Assembly (NCBI RefSeq): GCF_018350175.1
Contig: NC_058383.1
Location: forward strand, 14,944,001 to 15,008,000
Length of the DNA: 64,000 bases
Direction of reading: 5' to 3'
Origin: Felis catus
Lineage: Eukaryota
Shown: positions 62,310 to 64,000 of the stretch, one piece after another
How the letters are laid out: each line of letters starts with the position of its first letter
How positions within the stretch are numbered: position 1 is the stretch's first letter
The notes under the pieces: model-generated
Database searches by the model: none
Told to the model about the DNA's origin: nothing
Seen by the model: the letters and a program-made list of their open reading frames with translations, nothing else
Position numbers and translations under genes: made by a program

Positions 62310-62355
<46 letters not shown>
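62310..62355. repeat. (TG)23 microsatellite
   Basis: Direct read. Confidence 0.98.
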
Positions 62356-62357
<2 letters not shown>

Positions 62358-62482
62358 GGAAAAAAGGGAGACAGAGAGAAAGCAAATGCTTCAGTATTAA
62401 CAATTAGATGAAGACATACAGTTATTCACTATACTTTCCAAACCTCTATGGATTTGAAAATTTTTTTAAAGACTAAAGAAAC

Positions 62483-62684
62483 TTTTTTTAAAGTTTATTT
62501 ATATATTTAAGGAGATAGAGAGAACACAAGCAAAGGAGGGACAGAGAGAGGGAGAGAATCTCAAGCAGGCTCTGTACTGCCAGCACGGAGCCCGATGTGG
62601 AGCTCAAACTCACCAACTGTAAGATCATGACCTGAGCTGAGCCAAGAGCTGGACACTTAACCAACCGAGCCACCCAGGCTTCTC
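62483..62684 (-). mobile_element. Can-SINE
   Basis: TSD aaga(c/t)taaagaa. Confidence 0.93.
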
Positions 62685-62759
62685 CAAGATTAAAGAAATA
62701 TTAAAAGTATATACTAATATATTTGTAGGCCAAGAAGAAAAAAAGTTATAAGTAGTTGG

Positions 62760-63500
62760 ATAACCTAATCAAGTGCATGATTAGGAAGTATCCCTCCAAT
62801 GAAATGAAACTGAACTGAGACATGAATGACACTCTAGACGAGGCACAAGGAGATCAACTCCTGGTGACTACAGCTGTCTGGGAGGTGGGGACCTGGCCCA
62901 AGACAAAAGCAATGTGGTCAGAGAGCAAGGGATCGTTTCGAGATATGTTGAAAGAAGTCAAGATCTGCATAACTTTGCCAATTACACATGGTGAGGGGGG
63001 GGGGTGAGCGAAAAAGAAGAATCAAGGATGGCTTCCAGATTACTTTTGTAGCTGACTGGGTATGATGTGACATAATTTCCTGCGAACAATTCCAGAGGAG
63101 AGGCAGTTTTGGAGAAAAAAGAAAATCCATTCAGCTCTGGATCTCTGCAGCTTAAGGAACACGTGAGGCATCTACACAGGACGATGGGTCGCAGATCTAA
63201 ACTGCAGGAGAGAGGCAGGGATTGAAGATATGCACGTCGAGGCAATCAGCACATAGGTGTCTGGGGGGACAACAACAAAAAACAACCCCAGGGGACTACA
63301 GTGGGCAGAAGATGAGGGGCACGCGAGGAACACTGGAAAAGACAAAGAGGTGGAAAAGATGCAGGTGAAGGACCAGCCAGTGACGTGGATGCCAAAGCAG
63401 TGACACACGTCAAAACCAGGGGTGTAAGCAGCACCGCCAGGTGCTACAGAGAGTAGCACCCCAAACTCAAAATAGCCCCCAAAGCGTAGATAAGAGCACA
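62760..63500 (-). mobile_element. L2 fragment
   Basis: gaatcaaggatggcttccag, agaggagaggcagtttt, caggagagaggcagggattgaagatat. Confidence 0.65.
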
Positions 63501-64000
63501 TCCCCAGAAATATTAATTTTGAGATGCATACACACGTCAGGAGTTGAGGAGAATCTTCACTGTTTGCAACACCAAAGAAACCGGAGAAAAGCAATTTCCA
63601 CCCACCCTGGGAACTACAGAGGTACTTACGGCAGGAGGACATTGACTCACCGCCATTGTTTGCCCCTGCAAACAGCAACCCACAGGCTACCTGCCCAGCA
63701 AAGGAAGCGGTCACTCCCTAGTTCATAACAACTGTTTTCCATGGTGACCTATTCCCCAACCCAATCCAAACCCAGCCCAGCAGCACCCTTTTTGTAAGCT
63801 CATCAGGAAACCCTACTCTCCAGGAGCAGCAAGAGCTATGGGTTGCTATGTCCCATCCTGCATTATTTGGGGGAAAGATGAGAAGTGAACCTGGGATCAC
63901 TGAGTGCTGGATACTAGTTTGGGAATTGGAAGAGGAACAAGACAAGGGAGAAACAAAGGAGTTACATAATTCTGTGGCACAGGAAGCAAACCCAGGAGTA

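Noticed and set aside
1..64000. CRISPR arrays, operons, intact ERV or full-length L1, true tRNA/rRNA genes
   Set aside because: None seen. The tRNA-like sequences are SINE heads, the LTRs are solo, and the sequence is mammalian.

Overview
Mammalian nuclear DNA, almost certainly felid: the dominant repeat is the tRNA-derived Can-SINE in its feline form (SINEC_Fc-like, about 40 copies, 29 on + and 11 on -). There are also carnivore and ancient L1 fragments, L2, MIR, MaLR/ERVL solo LTRs (MLT1, MER21) and microsatellites. The only gene-type feature I recognise with confidence is a full-length (331 nt) 7SK snRNA retrocopy on the minus strand (37426-37756), inserted into the A-tail of a SINE. I recognise no protein-coding exon; the supplied ORFs I could place come from repeats or low-complexity sequence, and the rest look like chance ORFs. 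Several good minus-strand splice and polyA signals plus a SINE orientation skew hint that the window lies in the introns or 3' end of an unidentified minus-strand transcription unit, but this is inference. I see no evidence for a novel biological system. The best observations concern retrotransposition and DNA-repair mechanics: nested 7SK, a locally templated 56-bp insertion, three 5'-inverted L1s, ultra-short L1 insertions and GC-remodelled MIRs. Repeat subfamily names come from my memory of consensus sequences, and the boundaries of old repeats are approximate.
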